Positions 1 through 14,578 of a stretch of DNA of 64,000 nucleotides are shown here, piece by piece. The notes beneath the pieces are model-generated. The model worked only from the letters and a program-made list of their open reading frames with translations. It was not told the origin of the DNA and did not search any database. This DNA comes from Microcoleus sp. (GTDB taxonomy: Bacteria; Cyanobacteriota; Cyanobacteriia; Cyanobacteriales; Microcoleaceae): assembly GCA_042408215.1 (NCBI GenBank), contig JAYFMW010000006.1, positions 640,001 to 704,000 on the forward strand. The letters run 5' to 3'. Made by a program: the position numbers and the translations under genes. Within the stretch, counting starts at the first letter, position 1. Each line of letters begins with the position of its first letter.

Positions 1-81
1 CACCGAGGAATGCTCAGGTGCGAGTCAGAACCAGGAACAGGAACCGAGTTTATCATTGAATTGCCAGTGCAACAAACTTAA
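1..81 (+). CDS. 3' end of a sensor histidine kinase (partial, HATPase_c C-terminus)
   Basis: Frame 1 reads HRGMLRCESEPGTGTEFIIELPVQQT*, a typical G2-box ending of HATPase_c. Confidence 0.75.
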   Translation, partial: HRGMLRCESEPGTGTEFIIELPVQQT

Positions 82-116
82 ACAGTTGATCAACCTTAAA
101 ATTTACCTGATTTATT

Positions 117-282
117 GTGGCACTGGCGTCCCGCCTGTGGTTCCGTGGCACTGGCGTCCCGCCTGTGGTTCCGTGGCACTGGCGTCCCGCCTGTGGTTCC
201 GTGGCACTGGCGTCCCGCCTGTGGTTCCGTGGCACTGGCGTCCCGCCTGTGGTTCCGTGGCACTGGCGTCCCGCCTGTGGTT
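117..282. repeat. Tandem repeat, 28-bp unit GTGGCACTGGCGTCCCGCCTGTGGTTCC, about 6 copies
   Basis: Identical units directly visible, no spacers, between convergent genes. Confidence 0.95.
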
Positions 283-308
283 ACGAAGCGGTTAAAATCT
301 ACAGATAC

Positions 309-662
309 CTACTCCAATTCTAACTTCAAAGTTGGCAACAGCTTTTCTAAATTCTTGAGAGATTTCTGTTGCCAAGGAACATCATTTGAACCCACTACCA
401 AGAGTTGAATCGTTTTCTTTTTCCGCACGGCAATTACAAACTTAGACAACATACTGATACCAGAACTATTAAGAAATTCCAATTTTTTTAAGTTCAAAGT
501 AATCGTGGATGGTTCTGGATTGGCGACCTCATCTAACAATTGGACTATGGGTGCATAATCTGCTGGTCCACCCAAGCTGAGTTCGCCTTGAAAATAGACA
601 GTCACCGATTCTCGATCGTATTGAATAATGTAGTCTTGACCTTTAATTTCTTGAATATCCAT
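309..662 (-). CDS. STAS-domain anti-sigma-factor-antagonist-like protein (Slr1659-like)
   Basis: 117 aa; LNLKKLEFLNSSGISML is the STAS phospho-acceptor motif. Confidence 0.85.
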   Translation of the reverse strand: MDIQEIKGQDYIIQYDRESVTVYFQGELSLGGPADYAPIVQLLDEVANPEPSTITLNLKKLEFLNSSGISMLSKFVIAVRKKKTIQLLVVGSNDVPWQQKSLKNLEKLLPTLKLELE

Positions 663-726
663 TGTTTTGTGGTTACCTGAGTGAATTGCGATCGCCTAAA
701 AAGAGTAAATATTGAAATGCTACAAA

Positions 727-1398
727 CTAAACAATAATTTGAGCTACAGTCGTCACCAGGATAGTATCAAGACTGTCTGGGATTGTCTCAAATCTCCAAC
801 CTATCTTGGCTGAATAGTCATTAATCATCGTCAGCAATCCCAATCCCGATGTTTCACTGTCTGTTTCAGCATTTTTTTCAAGCTGCTGTAAATAGAGTTC
901 AGTAGGGTCGTCGGAAGAGAGTAGCTCTTTAATGAATTCATGCAATTTATTGGCTGTTTCTGACTTGGCATAGTTGGTAGCAAAAATTACTACTATTACG
1001 TCAATATCCTCAATAAAGTGTATACCAAACCTGACCTTATAACTGGAAGTATCATCAGTAAATTTTATCGCATTTTCTAACAGTTCGTTGGCGACGTAAC
1101 TCACGGCTCCCTTGCTTTGTTTAATCCGTTTCTCGCTGCTAGCATCCTCCTCGTCTACCGGTAGAAAGCTAGACAAATAATCGGCCACAAAATGAGCTGA
1201 AAGCCTGTTGTTGCGCCATCGTTGCTTGATCGGGCGAGAACTGGGCGTAAATGTAAGCTCTAGGGAGTCGTGTTCCGGTGGAAATTGGTCGATGAATTCT
1301 CCAAAGATTTGTGTCACAGTTTGTAAGCTTCCAGATGTCATTATTTTTCTACCTTTAATTGATCTTTGAATGTCACTTCTGAGTAAATTTCCAGACAC
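727..1398 (-). CDS. GHKL-type Ser/Thr kinase-like regulator (Slr1658/SiaB-like); likely start about 1340
   Basis: ANELLENAIKF N-box and SGLGLLTM G-box, no HisKA domain; adjacent to the STAS gene. Confidence 0.75.
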   Translation of the reverse strand: MSGNLLRSDIQRSIKGRKIMTSGSLQTVTQIFGEFIDQFPPEHDSLELTFTPSSRPIKQRWRNNRLSAHFVADYLSSFLPVDEEDASSEKRIKQSKGAVSYVANELLENAIKFTDDTSSYKVRFGIHFIEDIDVIVVIFATNYAKSETANKLHEFIKELLSSDDPTELYLQQLEKNAETDSETSGLGLLTMINDYSAKIGWRFETIPDSLDTILVTTVAQIIV

Positions 1399-2608
1399 CC
1401 TTCCAGTTAGCCGGAATACTATTTTCTAACAGCGATTGGATGCGTTCTAGATAAAGTTTGCTGGGTTTGTCAGCGGGATTAATCGCCACAATCTGTTCAA
1501 AACAAACTTGGGCATTAGCAAAATTTCCCTGACAATATTGTTCCAGCCCCTCCTCAAAAATAGGCAAAGTTTGAATTTTGAGCGATCGCACAGGTTCTAC
1601 TTCAACATCTAACACCTCACAAACAGTAATGGCTTCTTGTCTACCTTTGACAATTGCCCGATCCAAAAAGCGAATATGATACTTTTCGGGTTGACTCAAA
1701 CGTTGTACCACATCTTCAGAAATTAATAAAGATACGCCGTAATACTTCGTTAAACTTTCCAGACGAGCCGTGAGATTGACATGATCCGAGATCGCATCGG
1801 CTTGCATCCGATTCGCGTCTCCAATAATCCCCACCATCGTATCACCCACATGGATACCAATGCCAATATTCACCGGTATCTCCCCATTTATTATACGGCT
1901 TTGATTGTATTTGTGCAACTGTTCAAACTTCACAATTGCTGCCTGAATAGCATCATCAACGCCCTCGGGAAAAACTGCCATCACTCCATCTCCCATATAC
2001 TTGACAATAAAACCGTTGTGATTGCGAATTTCGGGACTAATTTGCTGTAAATAGGTATTGATGAAGTCAAAGTTTTCTTGAGGAGTCATTTGCTCCGCCA
2101 TCGTGGTGAACGAACGTATATCGGAAAACATGATGGCCATCTCTTTGCTCACATGATCTCCAAGCTGGAAATCAACAATGCTATGCTTACCGAGAAATTG
2201 GAGATATTCATCGGGAACAAAACGTCCGTAAGCCTGCAAAAGTTTCTCTAATTCCTGTGCCCGCGCTTTCACCGTTTGCACCATATGGGAGAATACCTGT
2301 GCGAGTTCTCCCAGTGCATCGCTGCGCGCTGCCACATCTGACAATATCTGAGGTTCAAAGCAGTTGTTTTTCACAGCAATAGCTGCATCTATCACCTTTT
2401 TTACCTGCTCGATGTAAGTCTGCATCTCTCGATTGTTCTTACGGATCTGGTTTTCCAGATCCGTGGAGTGTTCCGTGATAATTTCTACTAAAGTTTCATA
2501 GCTGTTTTTTTCATCTTCGACTTCCTCAAGTTTTTGGATCAAATCCTGTATCTGTGTCTGGAGTTCTTCTGGAGATGTAGATGGTGCTAAATTGATTTGG
2601 GTTTTCAT
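1373..2608 (-). CDS. Class III adenylate/guanylate cyclase with N-terminal coiled coil and HAMP-like segment
   Basis: MFSDIRSFT, VKYMGDGVMA, GIGIHVG, VNLTARLESLTK and VKGRQE motifs. Confidence 0.92.
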   Translation of the reverse strand: MKTQINLAPSTSPEELQTQIQDLIQKLEEVEDEKNSYETLVEIITEHSTDLENQIRKNNREMQTYIEQVKKVIDAAIAVKNNCFEPQILSDVAARSDALGELAQVFSHMVQTVKARAQELEKLLQAYGRFVPDEYLQFLGKHSIVDFQLGDHVSKEMAIMFSDIRSFTTMAEQMTPQENFDFINTYLQQISPEIRNHNGFIVKYMGDGVMAVFPEGVDDAIQAAIVKFEQLHKYNQSRIINGEIPVNIGIGIHVGDTMVGIIGDANRMQADAISDHVNLTARLESLTKYYGVSLLISEDVVQRLSQPEKYHIRFLDRAIVKGRQEAITVCEVLDVEVEPVRSLKIQTLPIFEEGLEQYCQGNFANAQVCFEQIVAINPADKPSKLYLERIQSLLENSIPANWKGVWKFTQK

Positions 2609-2764
2609 AATTTATACTTCCGAATCTGGGAGCGCCAAATTGTTTCAATCGCTCGCTGTAAATTATTAGAACTTACAGGAGCAGAGCTAGAAATCCGGTT
2701 GCTGCTTCGATGCTTCGCCGCCCAATATAAGAGCGAGAGTAGAAACCGGGTTTATGACCGTCAA

Positions 2765-4909
2765 TCATAAATCATGCACAATAGTTCCCTGTTGCTTCAA
2801 TACTAGCAAAGTAATGTCATCAAATACCTTTTGTTCTCCAATAAATTCTCGCAAATCATCGATGGCGGCTTGCTTGATTTGTTCGGCGCTCAAATGCCAG
2901 TTTAGAGAAACCACTTCACAGAGTCTTTCCAGACCGTAGAATTGTTTGTGGATATTTCTCGCTTCGGGGATGCCGTCAGTATACAGCACCACCCCGTCCC
3001 CCGGCTCTAAGTCTACTAAAACATGGCTGATAAAATCTGAAATATCCTCATCTAAGCCGATGGGAAATCCTAAATCCATCATATCAATGCGTTCAATTTG
3101 ACCGCCTTTTCGGACTAGGATAGTTTCCTCATGTTGACCGCTAATACTAACTTTACGGTCTGCGTAATTGAGGATAGCTAGCGTCAGGTTTTTGTCCGAG
3201 TTCATGCGCTGGATATTTTTATAAATAGTGCGGTTGAGCGTATCTAAAAAGCGCACCGGATCGGATTCTTGCATTTCATGAAGAGTGCGGACAGCCGCTT
3301 GAGTCATCACCATCAAAATGCCGCTTTCTAGTCCGTGTCCGGTGACATCGCCGATGCCAATAGTTACCACACCGTCGGTATGGAGGATATCGTAATAATC
3401 GCCGCCCACTTCATCGGCTGGTTCCATGAATCCGGCCATGTCTAAATCTGCAATTTCCTCCAGTTCTTGGCCTTTGGGCAAAATCAATTGCTGCATTTGT
3501 TTGAGGATATCTAGTTCGGAACTCATCCGAAGATTTTCCGCTCTCAGTCGGTTATTCAGAGCGGCAATTTGTTGAGTGGCTGTAGCGAGTTCGGAGGTGC
3601 GTTCTTTGACTTTATCTTCCAGAGTTTCAAAGGATTCTTGCAGTTGTCTTGCCATGCTATTAAAGGATTTTGCTAAAATTTCAATTTCAAAAATCCGACT
3701 GGAATCAACCTTCTGATTGAGAGTTCCACCTGCTAGATATTCTGAAGCTTGAGCAATTTGGTTCAGGGGACGAGTAATCCAGCTAGCCGTGAGAAAACCC
3801 ACTCCAACAGAGACAACTAGAGCCACAATACACAGCAAAATAGTGTTGCGAGTGTTAGCATAAATTTGCGTCATAAAGTCGGCTTTAGGAACTACTACTA
3901 TAATCAGCCAGTTGAGACCGTACTTGTCAGTTAGCGGAGAAACTTGGATAAATTGTCGTTGACCGTTCAGCTTAAAGTCAAGTTGAACAGTGTGATTAAT
4001 GTCTTCCAAACGGTTGAAGCGATCGAACAGATAAAGCACACTTTGACGCATCATCTGGTTGCTGCTGTCCTGTGCTTTTATCCGCTTGCTATCTTTACCT
4101 TTTCCCACCGAAAGAGGCATATTTTTAACGGAACTGGCTATTAATTCACCCTGTGGCTCAATGATAAATACTTGACCGGAATTACCCACGCTTAAAGTTT
4201 GCAGGAAATTGTGAATTTGATCTAGACCCATCTGGCAAGTCAGCACGCCAATTAGTTTCCCGTCCGCATCATAATAGGGTAGACTCGCATTAATTTGCAG
4301 CGTACCGTAGCCAAAATTAATATAAACGTCACTCCAAGCTGCCTGTTTCTTCTCAACAACAACTCTGTAAAAAGGGCGCGTGCGAACATCATAATTGGGC
4401 GTGGTATTGTCAATTTTTGTCGGGTTTCCATCACCGTCAAGGTTGTAGAAGATCAAGTCGCCACCTCCGGGAATCAGTTGCTGAGCAAGCTGAGGTTGTT
4501 CAAGTCCAACCAGCCGATTTACCCAACCCACACGCAGGTACTGACCTTTTTCGTTGGCAATTCCCGCGTGACCGATCGCCTTAAATCGCAGAACTTGTTT
4601 CCATAAATAGGGTCGAGCTTGCTCCAAATCGTCAAAGTTCAACACCCCCAAAGGTAAAACATCCTGATTGATCTGATTCACCAGTGGCGGAGCTTCCAGA
4701 TAGGTTTGGACAAGTTCGTAAACTCTAGCACTCACTTCGGAGCGCAACTGACTAACAATATCGTTGACAATCTGCTCTCCGTTTCTGTAAGAGAGATAGC
4801 CAATGCAGCCAACAGCCGCCACAATTTGCAGCACAAAGGGAACCACCAAGACATTGCGGAGACGGAATTTGCCCGACCTGGAGGCGATCGCGCGTTTTTG
4901 AGAAACCAT
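2765..4909 (-). CDS. Membrane Cache-HAMP-SpoIIE (PP2C) phosphatase
   Basis: Two TM segments, HAMP, then VGGDYYD, IGDVTGHG, LYTDGIPEA, DDITLLV. Confidence 0.92.
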   Translation of the reverse strand: MVSQKRAIASRSGKFRLRNVLVVPFVLQIVAAVGCIGYLSYRNGEQIVNDIVSQLRSEVSARVYELVQTYLEAPPLVNQINQDVLPLGVLNFDDLEQARPYLWKQVLRFKAIGHAGIANEKGQYLRVGWVNRLVGLEQPQLAQQLIPGGGDLIFYNLDGDGNPTKIDNTTPNYDVRTRPFYRVVVEKKQAAWSDVYINFGYGTLQINASLPYYDADGKLIGVLTCQMGLDQIHNFLQTLSVGNSGQVFIIEPQGELIASSVKNMPLSVGKGKDSKRIKAQDSSNQMMRQSVLYLFDRFNRLEDINHTVQLDFKLNGQRQFIQVSPLTDKYGLNWLIIVVVPKADFMTQIYANTRNTILLCIVALVVSVGVGFLTASWITRPLNQIAQASEYLAGGTLNQKVDSSRIFEIEILAKSFNSMARQLQESFETLEDKVKERTSELATATQQIAALNNRLRAENLRMSSELDILKQMQQLILPKGQELEEIADLDMAGFMEPADEVGGDYYDILHTDGVVTIGIGDVTGHGLESGILMVMTQAAVRTLHEMQESDPVRFLDTLNRTIYKNIQRMNSDKNLTLAILNYADRKVSISGQHEETILVRKGGQIERIDMMDLGFPIGLDEDISDFISHVLVDLEPGDGVVLYTDGIPEARNIHKQFYGLERLCEVVSLNWHLSAEQIKQAAIDDLREFIGEQKVFDDITLLVLKQQGTIVHDL

Positions 4910-5090
4910 TCTTCACAACACTCCTAGATAAAAACTGCGATCGCGATTTACTCAGAACAGTTTTCGATGTGTTAATAGCGACGGACAATGTTATGATTAT
5001 ATCAAAAACTCAACAAACATCAAAAAATCTGCGTTCATCAGCGCTCATCTGCCTGCATCAGCAGGTAAAAATTAAAAAATCTTAAAAAAA

Positions 5091-5450
5091 ATGCAAATTA
5101 CCCAATCCCTCCACGCCGCCCTACTCATCTCCCACCTGGAAAAATCTCAACACTTTTACAGCACCGTATTAGGACTGCAAAAAATCGATCGAGAATTAAA
5201 TTTTCCCGGAATCTGGTATCAAATCGGCAACTTCCAGCTCCACCTAATTCTAGCTACCAAAATCATCCCAAATACCGTAGATTCTGAAAAATTAGGACGC
5301 CACCAACATCTAGCATTTTCCGTTGCTAACTTAGAGGCAGCAAAAGAGCAATTAATCGCTCACAATTGCCCGGTACAAATGAGCGCGTCAGGTCGATCGG
5401 CATTATTTACCCAAGACCCAGACGGAAACATCATCGAACTCAGCCAGTAA
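5091..5450 (+). CDS. VOC/glyoxalase family protein
   Basis: HAALLI...FYSTVLGL...HLAFSV...DPDGNIIEL. Confidence 0.9.
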   Translation: MQITQSLHAALLISHLEKSQHFYSTVLGLQKIDRELNFPGIWYQIGNFQLHLILATKIIPNTVDSEKLGRHQHLAFSVANLEAAKEQLIAHNCPVQMSASGRSALFTQDPDGNIIELSQ

Positions 5451-5453
5451 CAG

Positions 5454-6734
5454 ATGAAAATCATCGCCTACTCTTACACCGAACCTCTGCTAGAAACAGC
5501 ACCCGCACCGGAATTTTGGGGTCAAGAAGTCGATCGCACCTATCAAGACTTAGGAGGGCGACAGCAACTGCAACAACTCCTAAAAGACTGCCAAACAGAA
5601 CCAGTCAAATACCTGTTAATTCAGCGCTTTGAAGAACTAGGCGACACAGTTCAGCAAGTGTGCGCCCGCCTAGAACAACTGGAAAACCTCGGCATCCAAC
5701 TAATTGTCACAGACGAAAAACAAACAGAAAACAGAGCCAACTTGCTCAAACTCCTAGCAGAAATCCAGCGCAGCCAACACAGCCGCAGCATTCGCAAAGG
5801 ACACGCCCGCAACCGAATCAAATCGCGAATTCCACCGGGTAAGGCTCCCTACGGCTATCGGCGCAGCAAAGACCGTTATGCGATCGATAAAAGCACCGCC
5901 CCCACCGTCAAAGACTTTTTTGAACACTTTTTAATCTACGGTTCCTTGCGAGGTTCCGTGCGCTATTTAGCCAAAAAATACAACAAAAAAATCTCTGTCA
6001 GTACGGGCCGCCGCTGGCTGACAAATCCCGCCTACCGAGGCGATTTGGAATATCTAAACGGTCAAGTAATTTCTAATACCCACGTCCCGATTATTTCCAG
6101 AGAAGAAGCAGCCCAAATAGACAGGTTGCTGCGCCGCAATCGCCGCCTTTCTCCCCGCAGCGCCAGCGCCCCGCGTTCCCTGGCTGGTTTAGCGATTTGT
6201 GCGGAATGTCGATCGCCCATGACAGTAGCAAAAGTTACCTCCTACCGCAAAGACCGAGAATACCTTTATTTGCGGCCAATTAACTGTTCCCGCCAGCCTA
6301 AATGCAGTGGCCTTTCCTACGATGAAGTATTGCAATTAACCATCGCAGGAATTTGTCAGAATTTACCGGATGCTGTTGCGGGGTTGCAAATGCCGGATAT
6401 GAAGGGAATTAAAGTAGGAATTCTCAGGGCGATCGCATTTAAAGAACAAATCATAAGTCAACTAGCAGCCCTGATAGAAAATGGCATTTTAGATACTGAA
6501 ACTGCCGAATTGAGAGCCTACAAAATCCGCACCGAAATGGCAGATTTGCTTTGCAAATTGGCGCAACTACCGCCAGTGAATTTGCGAGAAACTGCTCAAA
6601 CTGTTTCTCTTCCCCAATTTTGGCTCGACTTGTCAGAATCGGAACGGAGGTTTTATTTTCGAGAATTTATCGATCGCATTGAGATAGTACGGGAAAATAA
6701 AAGTTGGAGTCTGCAAATTATTTTCATTTTTTAA
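5454..6734 (+). CDS. Large serine recombinase-family protein (recombinase plus Zn-ribbon domains, degenerate catalytic domain)
   Basis: GKAPYGYRR, LTNPAYRG, HVPIIS, LAGLAICAECRSPM. Confidence 0.8.
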   Translation: MKIIAYSYTEPLLETAPAPEFWGQEVDRTYQDLGGRQQLQQLLKDCQTEPVKYLLIQRFEELGDTVQQVCARLEQLENLGIQLIVTDEKQTENRANLLKLLAEIQRSQHSRSIRKGHARNRIKSRIPPGKAPYGYRRSKDRYAIDKSTAPTVKDFFEHFLIYGSLRGSVRYLAKKYNKKISVSTGRRWLTNPAYRGDLEYLNGQVISNTHVPIISREEAAQIDRLLRRNRRLSPRSASAPRSLAGLAICAECRSPMTVAKVTSYRKDREYLYLRPINCSRQPKCSGLSYDEVLQLTIAGICQNLPDAVAGLQMPDMKGIKVGILRAIAFKEQIISQLAALIENGILDTETAELRAYKIRTEMADLLCKLAQLPPVNLRETAQTVSLPQFWLDLSESERRFYFREFIDRIEIVRENKSWSLQIIFIF

Positions 6735-6852
6735 TTGGATTTTTTTTTGAACCGCAGAGGCCGCAGAGAGCGCAGAGGAAGAGAGGAAGAGAGCAAGAGG
6801 GATATTCTTATAGGTAGAATCTGGAAATATCTTTCTTGCTCTTTTTGTGGAT

Positions 6853-10167
<3,315 letters not shown>

Positions 10168-10280
10168 TGAGATTTTTTTTTTGAACCACAGAGAACACAG
10201 AGAACACAGAGTCGGAGAAGAGAAGAGAGGGTTTTTTCGTAAAGGTTCTGGAAGTATTCCTGTTTGACTAAGGTGAGTTA

Positions 10281-10491
10281 CAGCAGTGTCAACTTAAGCC
10301 TAAAACCATTGATAAATATCGCTTTTAGCTAAGTCTCGATCCCCCTAAATCCCCCTTAAAAAGGGGGACTTGAAGACGTTTCCGGTTCCCCCCTTCTTAA
10401 GGGGGAGTAGGGGGCAAGAATGCGGGGGGATCTGGCGTTAATAGTCAAACAGCAGTCTGTGATTGGGTTTGACGTTAAGTTGACACCAATG
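10281..10491. mobile_element. MITE with GTGTCAACTTAA terminal inverted repeats carrying the CCCCCTTAAAAAGGGGG hairpin cassette
   Basis: TIRs 10286-10297 and 10475-10486; near-duplicated flank GAGTTACAG/GAGCTACAG; inverted sibling at 14371. Confidence 0.8.
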
Positions 10492-10565
10492 GAGCTACAG
10501 CGCACCCTACCTTTAGATTTTTGGTGTAATTGATGCACTCTTAAAAACTGCAACATTAACCGCAT

Positions 10566-13500
10566 TTAGAGCGTTATTTGAGTGAAATCGCTAGCGGTGA
10601 GAGTATTAGTAATACCGTTCAACTTAGCCAACAATTGACCAGTGCCAGTCACACTAATCAAAGTTTGATTGTTGCTCGAAGTGATGCTGAGTTGATTGAA
10701 ACTCAAACCGGGATTCAACCCAATTAAATCCTCGCCCTTGCGGAAGTCAGTAATCGTATCAGTGCCCAGACTTTGATTTAGGAAAAACACGTCATTTCCC
10801 GAACCGCCGGTCAAAGTATCGTCCCCAACATCGCCGCTGAGGAAATCGTTGCCAGCATTTCCCAAGAGGATATCGTTGCCTTTACCGCCGTAAAGCGTAT
10901 CGTTGCCGGTGTAACCCTCAAGCAGATCGTTTTCATTGCCGCCGTAAAGCAAATCGTTGCCGTCGCCGCCGCCGAGACTGTCGTCGCCTTTGCCACCGTA
11001 AAGCGTGTCATTTCCAGCTTTACCAAAAATTAGGTCGGCATCCTCATTTCCAAACACAATGTCATTGCCATTTCCAGCATTAATTGTGTCATTGCCTAAG
11101 TTGCCTAAAATGTAGTCGTCGCCGTCTTCGCCCAGCAAGATATCGTCATCTTTGCCTCCGAAAATGCGATCGTTCCCAACACCGCCGGCAACAGTATCTT
11201 TGCCAATATCTCCTCTCAAAAAGTCGTCGCCGTCTCCGCCAACAACGGTGTCGTTATCTTTGCCGCCGTAGACGGTATTGTTGCCGGCACCGCCTTGAAG
11301 GAAATCAGTCCCGTCATTCCCGAAGATGGAATCATTATCGGCACCGCCGTCGATGTTGTCGTTGCCGCCCATACCGTAGAGAGTGTCATTCCCAGCAAGT
11401 CCGTTAATTGACTCATTTTGACCACCACCCATGATGAAGTCGGCAGTGTTAGCGCCGTTAATAGTTTGTTGGGGGGGATTGGGAGTAATGCTACTGAGGT
11501 CGAGTGTCGGAGCATTTAGGGGTTCGATGACGCTATTATCTGTGGCTGGTGTGGGTGTAGGTGTGGGTGTAGGTGTGGGTGTAGGTGTGGGTGTAGGCGC
11601 GGGTGTAGGTGTGGGTGTAGGCGCGGGTGTAGGTGTGGGTGTAGGTGTGGGTGTAGGCGCGGGTGTAGGCGCGGGTGTAGGTGTGGGTGTAGGCGCGGGT
11701 GTAGGCGCGGGTGTAGGCGCGGGTGTAGGCGCGGGTGTAGGCGCGGGTGTAGGCGCGGGTGTTGGTGTTGGAATTGGCGCGGGTGTTGGTGTTGGAATTG
11801 GCGCGGGTGTGGGCGTAGGCGTGGGTGTCGGTGTGGGTGTAGGTGTGGGTGTCGGAGTAGTGCTAAATTCAAAGGAACCACTGTCAACGATCGCCCCTGG
11901 AATCGTATCACCATCTTGAGGGCGAGCTACACCACGCTGATCTTTAGCTGGTGCGCCCGCAGCAATTCCTTTGTCAATGGCTGGACTTCCTGTTAGCAAG
12001 GGCCTGACAAAGGCGCCGTTGATATTTTGCAAAGGGCCTAGTAAGGGATCGGCGATCGTAATACTTGCGGTCGCATTATAATCGTTGAAGTTATTGGTTT
12101 TTTTGACAGGCCACTGAAAATTGCCACCTTGGTCAGTTAATTCGCTGCTGGTGTGTTGCTGAATCCCCCAATTATTTGTTCCATTAGCGGCTGTATTGTT
12201 GGCAAAAATCGTGTTTTTGACAGTGACAGAATTTCCCGCAGCAGCAGAGATACCTCCACCAACCCAATAGGCAAAATTATCAGCAATAGTTGTGTTAACA
12301 ATTGTTGTGGGGGCATAAAGAGCCATTGCACCGCCGACATTGCCATAAAAATCGCTAGTTCCAGTAACTTGATTGCCAGAAAAGGTGCTATTGGCGATCG
12401 TAGTAGGCGCATCCACGATCCACACTGCGCCACCTTGACCGGGGGCTTTGTTGTTAGCAAAGGTGGTGTTGGAGATAGTAAATCCCTTGTTAGCGCCGTT
12501 GTTCATTTGCACCAAGCCGCCTCCAACTCCGTCGTTACCCCCCGGTAGCGACAGAATTTCGTTGTCAGAGAAAGTGCTGTCTGCAACTGTTACGCTGTCT
12601 TGGGTGCCGGTATAGAGGTAAGCGGCTCCGCCTTCGCCTCGCCCTTTGTTGTTTTGAAATACGCTGCCGCTGATGTTAATTGTGCCAGAAGCTTCGCTCG
12701 GATTGCTGGCTCGATCGGTATAAAGTGCGCCGCCAAAACCCCTTAAGAAATCATTGGGCTGGCCTGTGGCGAACACGGCTGCGGTGGTGTCGTTGCCGAT
12801 GAATCGCGAGTTTTGAATGGTTAACTTGCCTTGAAGGCTGTTAATTGCTCCGCCGTTAATTCCTTTGTTGTTGGTGAAGTCACTGTTGGTGACTGTAAAA
12901 TTTTTGGAACTCAAAAAGCCGATCGCACCTGCACCGCGTTCATCGTTGGCTGCGGTGGCTACGTTACCGTTGAATTTACTGTTGGTAACAGTTAGAGTAT
13001 TGTTGAAATTGCCAAAAATTGCACCGCCACCTTTGTCGGCGACGTTGTTGTTGAACTGAACATTTTCTACTGTGAGGTTTACTTCGTCCGTTGTGCCGAT
13101 CGCCCCACCTCGATCGGTTGTTTTGCCGTTAGTAATAATCAGGTTTTTGACGGCAAAATTGGTAGAGGTATCAACATTAGCATTGACAAAAAACGCGCGG
13201 GATGCGTTGTTGCCGCTGATGGTTAAACCCGTTGCGGCCGCGCCGTCAATGGTGATGTTTTTGCCGGTGGGAATGTCTAGTTGACCGCTGGTGAGGGTGA
13301 TGGTTTGGCTGGCTAAACCGGGAGCAAAGGTGATGGTATCGCCGGCGGCGGCGGAGGCGATCGCCGCTCTTAAAGAACCAGCCCCGCTATCGTTATTATT
13401 GGCGACGACGATCGTAGCTAAATTCCCTTGGTAATTTGCCATCACATCGGCGCTCATCGCTAAGGGCGATTCAATTTCGCCCTTGGCAAATTCTAAATTC

Positions 13501-13973
13501 CAGTCGCCGCCACGGCCAGTTAAGTTGGTGGATGCTGCCACATCTGCCCCGGTTAATTCAGCAATGCGATCGACAAAATTAGCGCCTGTCCCCGATGCTA
13601 CATCGCAGCCGTAAAGCATAATATCTGCTTTTTCCGACAGTCCATTATGCCACTTTTCCAACTGGCTTTTGTATTGTTCTATGTTATCTGAACTCAGAGA
13701 AGTGTTGCCGAGTTCTAGATTCCCTGAATTCCCGTGAGAAATGATGTGAACAGAATCGATCGCCCCGTTGGTAGAGGCATATTTTTCAATTTCTGAGGTG
13801 ATTTGTTCGATGCCGTTTTTTTGGCGATCCAGTACGATTACCTGCTGGCCTGGTAGCACTCCTGCCACAATGGACTCGTAGTCTTCCACCCCAGAGTCAA
13901 TGAAGACTAAGGAACGCGGGGGGAGTTTTTCAAGTAAAGATTGTGAGTTAACTTGAGCGAACGTAGCAGTCAT
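10566..13973 (-). CDS. DUF4347 / beta-helix / PT-PA linker / RTX protein, paralog of 6853-10167
   Basis: Same architecture; near-identical C-terminal secretion region. Confidence 0.88.
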   Translation of the reverse strand: MTATFAQVNSQSLLEKLPPRSLVFIDSGVEDYESIVAGVLPGQQVIVLDRQKNGIEQITSEIEKYASTNGAIDSVHIISHGNSGNLELGNTSLSSDNIEQYKSQLEKWHNGLSEKADIMLYGCDVASGTGANFVDRIAELTGADVAASTNLTGRGGDWNLEFAKGEIESPLAMSADVMANYQGNLATIVVANNNDSGAGSLRAAIASAAAGDTITFAPGLASQTITLTSGQLDIPTGKNITIDGAAATGLTISGNNASRAFFVNANVDTSTNFAVKNLIITNGKTTDRGGAIGTTDEVNLTVENVQFNNNVADKGGGAIFGNFNNTLTVTNSKFNGNVATAANDERGAGAIGFLSSKNFTVTNSDFTNNKGINGGAINSLQGKLTIQNSRFIGNDTTAAVFATGQPNDFLRGFGGALYTDRASNPSEASGTINISGSVFQNNKGRGEGGAAYLYTGTQDSVTVADSTFSDNEILSLPGGNDGVGGGLVQMNNGANKGFTISNTTFANNKAPGQGGAVWIVDAPTTIANSTFSGNQVTGTSDFYGNVGGAMALYAPTTIVNTTIADNFAYWVGGGISAAAGNSVTVKNTIFANNTAANGTNNWGIQQHTSSELTDQGGNFQWPVKKTNNFNDYNATASITIADPLLGPLQNINGAFVRPLLTGSPAIDKGIAAGAPAKDQRGVARPQDGDTIPGAIVDSGSFEFSTTPTPTPTPTPTPTPTPTPAPIPTPTPAPIPTPTPAPTPAPTPAPTPAPTPAPTPAPTPTPTPAPTPAPTPTPTPTPTPAPTPTPTPAPTPTPTPTPTPTPTPTPATDNSVIEPLNAPTLDLSSITPNPPQQTINGANTADFIMGGGQNESINGLAGNDTLYGMGGNDNIDGGADNDSIFGNDGTDFLQGGAGNNTVYGGKDNDTVVGGDGDDFLRGDIGKDTVAGGVGNDRIFGGKDDDILLGEDGDDYILGNLGNDTINAGNGNDIVFGNEDADLIFGKAGNDTLYGGKGDDSLGGGDGNDLLYGGNENDLLEGYTGNDTLYGGKGNDILLGNAGNDFLSGDVGDDTLTGGSGNDVFFLNQSLGTDTITDFRKGEDLIGLNPGLSFNQLSITSSNNQTLISVTGTGQLLAKLNGITNTLTASDFTQITL

Positions 13974-14370
13974 ATTTGATCCTCCATCAATGGCTTTATT
14001 GGTAGATACAGCCTAGGAGTAATCTCATCAGCCTTATTTGATTACATCTTAACACTTATTTCTGCGATTTGCAATAGATATTAAGGAAAATTTAAATTTA
14101 TTTTGTTCCTGATTTCTCTGGAATATCTAGTAGCGACTTAGAACATTATTTGCCAACACTGGTTATATAAACAACAAAATTTAGCGCGAATAATCACATA
14201 AATTTCGCATCGATCTACTGAATAATCCAATCTTTTTGAAAAAAGAATAGCGCTCTATTCATTGAGGATTGCTATCTAGATTTTCAACAATTAGAGCCGC
14301 TTTGAATCTATGTCCTAAGCTGTCCCGCCGTTCTATCTTCATCTTTAACGGAGGTGGACAAATCCTTTCC

Positions 14371-14578
14371 CATTGGTGTCAACTTAACGTTAAACCCAGT
14401 CAGAGACTGCTGTTTGACTATTAAGGCCAGATCCCCCCTAGCCCCCCTTAAGAAGGGGGGGACAGGAGTCTTCTCAAAGTCACCCCCTACTCCCCTTCTT
14501 AAGGGGGATTTAGGGGGATCTAGACTTGGCGTAAAACCCAGATTTCTCAAGGGTCTCAGGCTTAAGTTGACACTAATG
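14371..14578. mobile_element. MITE with 17-bp TIRs and a 9-bp target-site duplication
   Basis: CATTGGTGTCAACTTAA...TTAAGTTGACACTAATG flanked by ATCCTTTCC at 14362-14370 and 14579-14587. Confidence 0.88.

Noticed and set aside
117..282. Possible CRISPR array
   Set aside because: Units are identical with no unique spacers.
53..408. Overlapping ORFs with repeated WHWRPACG peptides
   Set aside because: Translation artefacts of the 28-bp tandem repeat.
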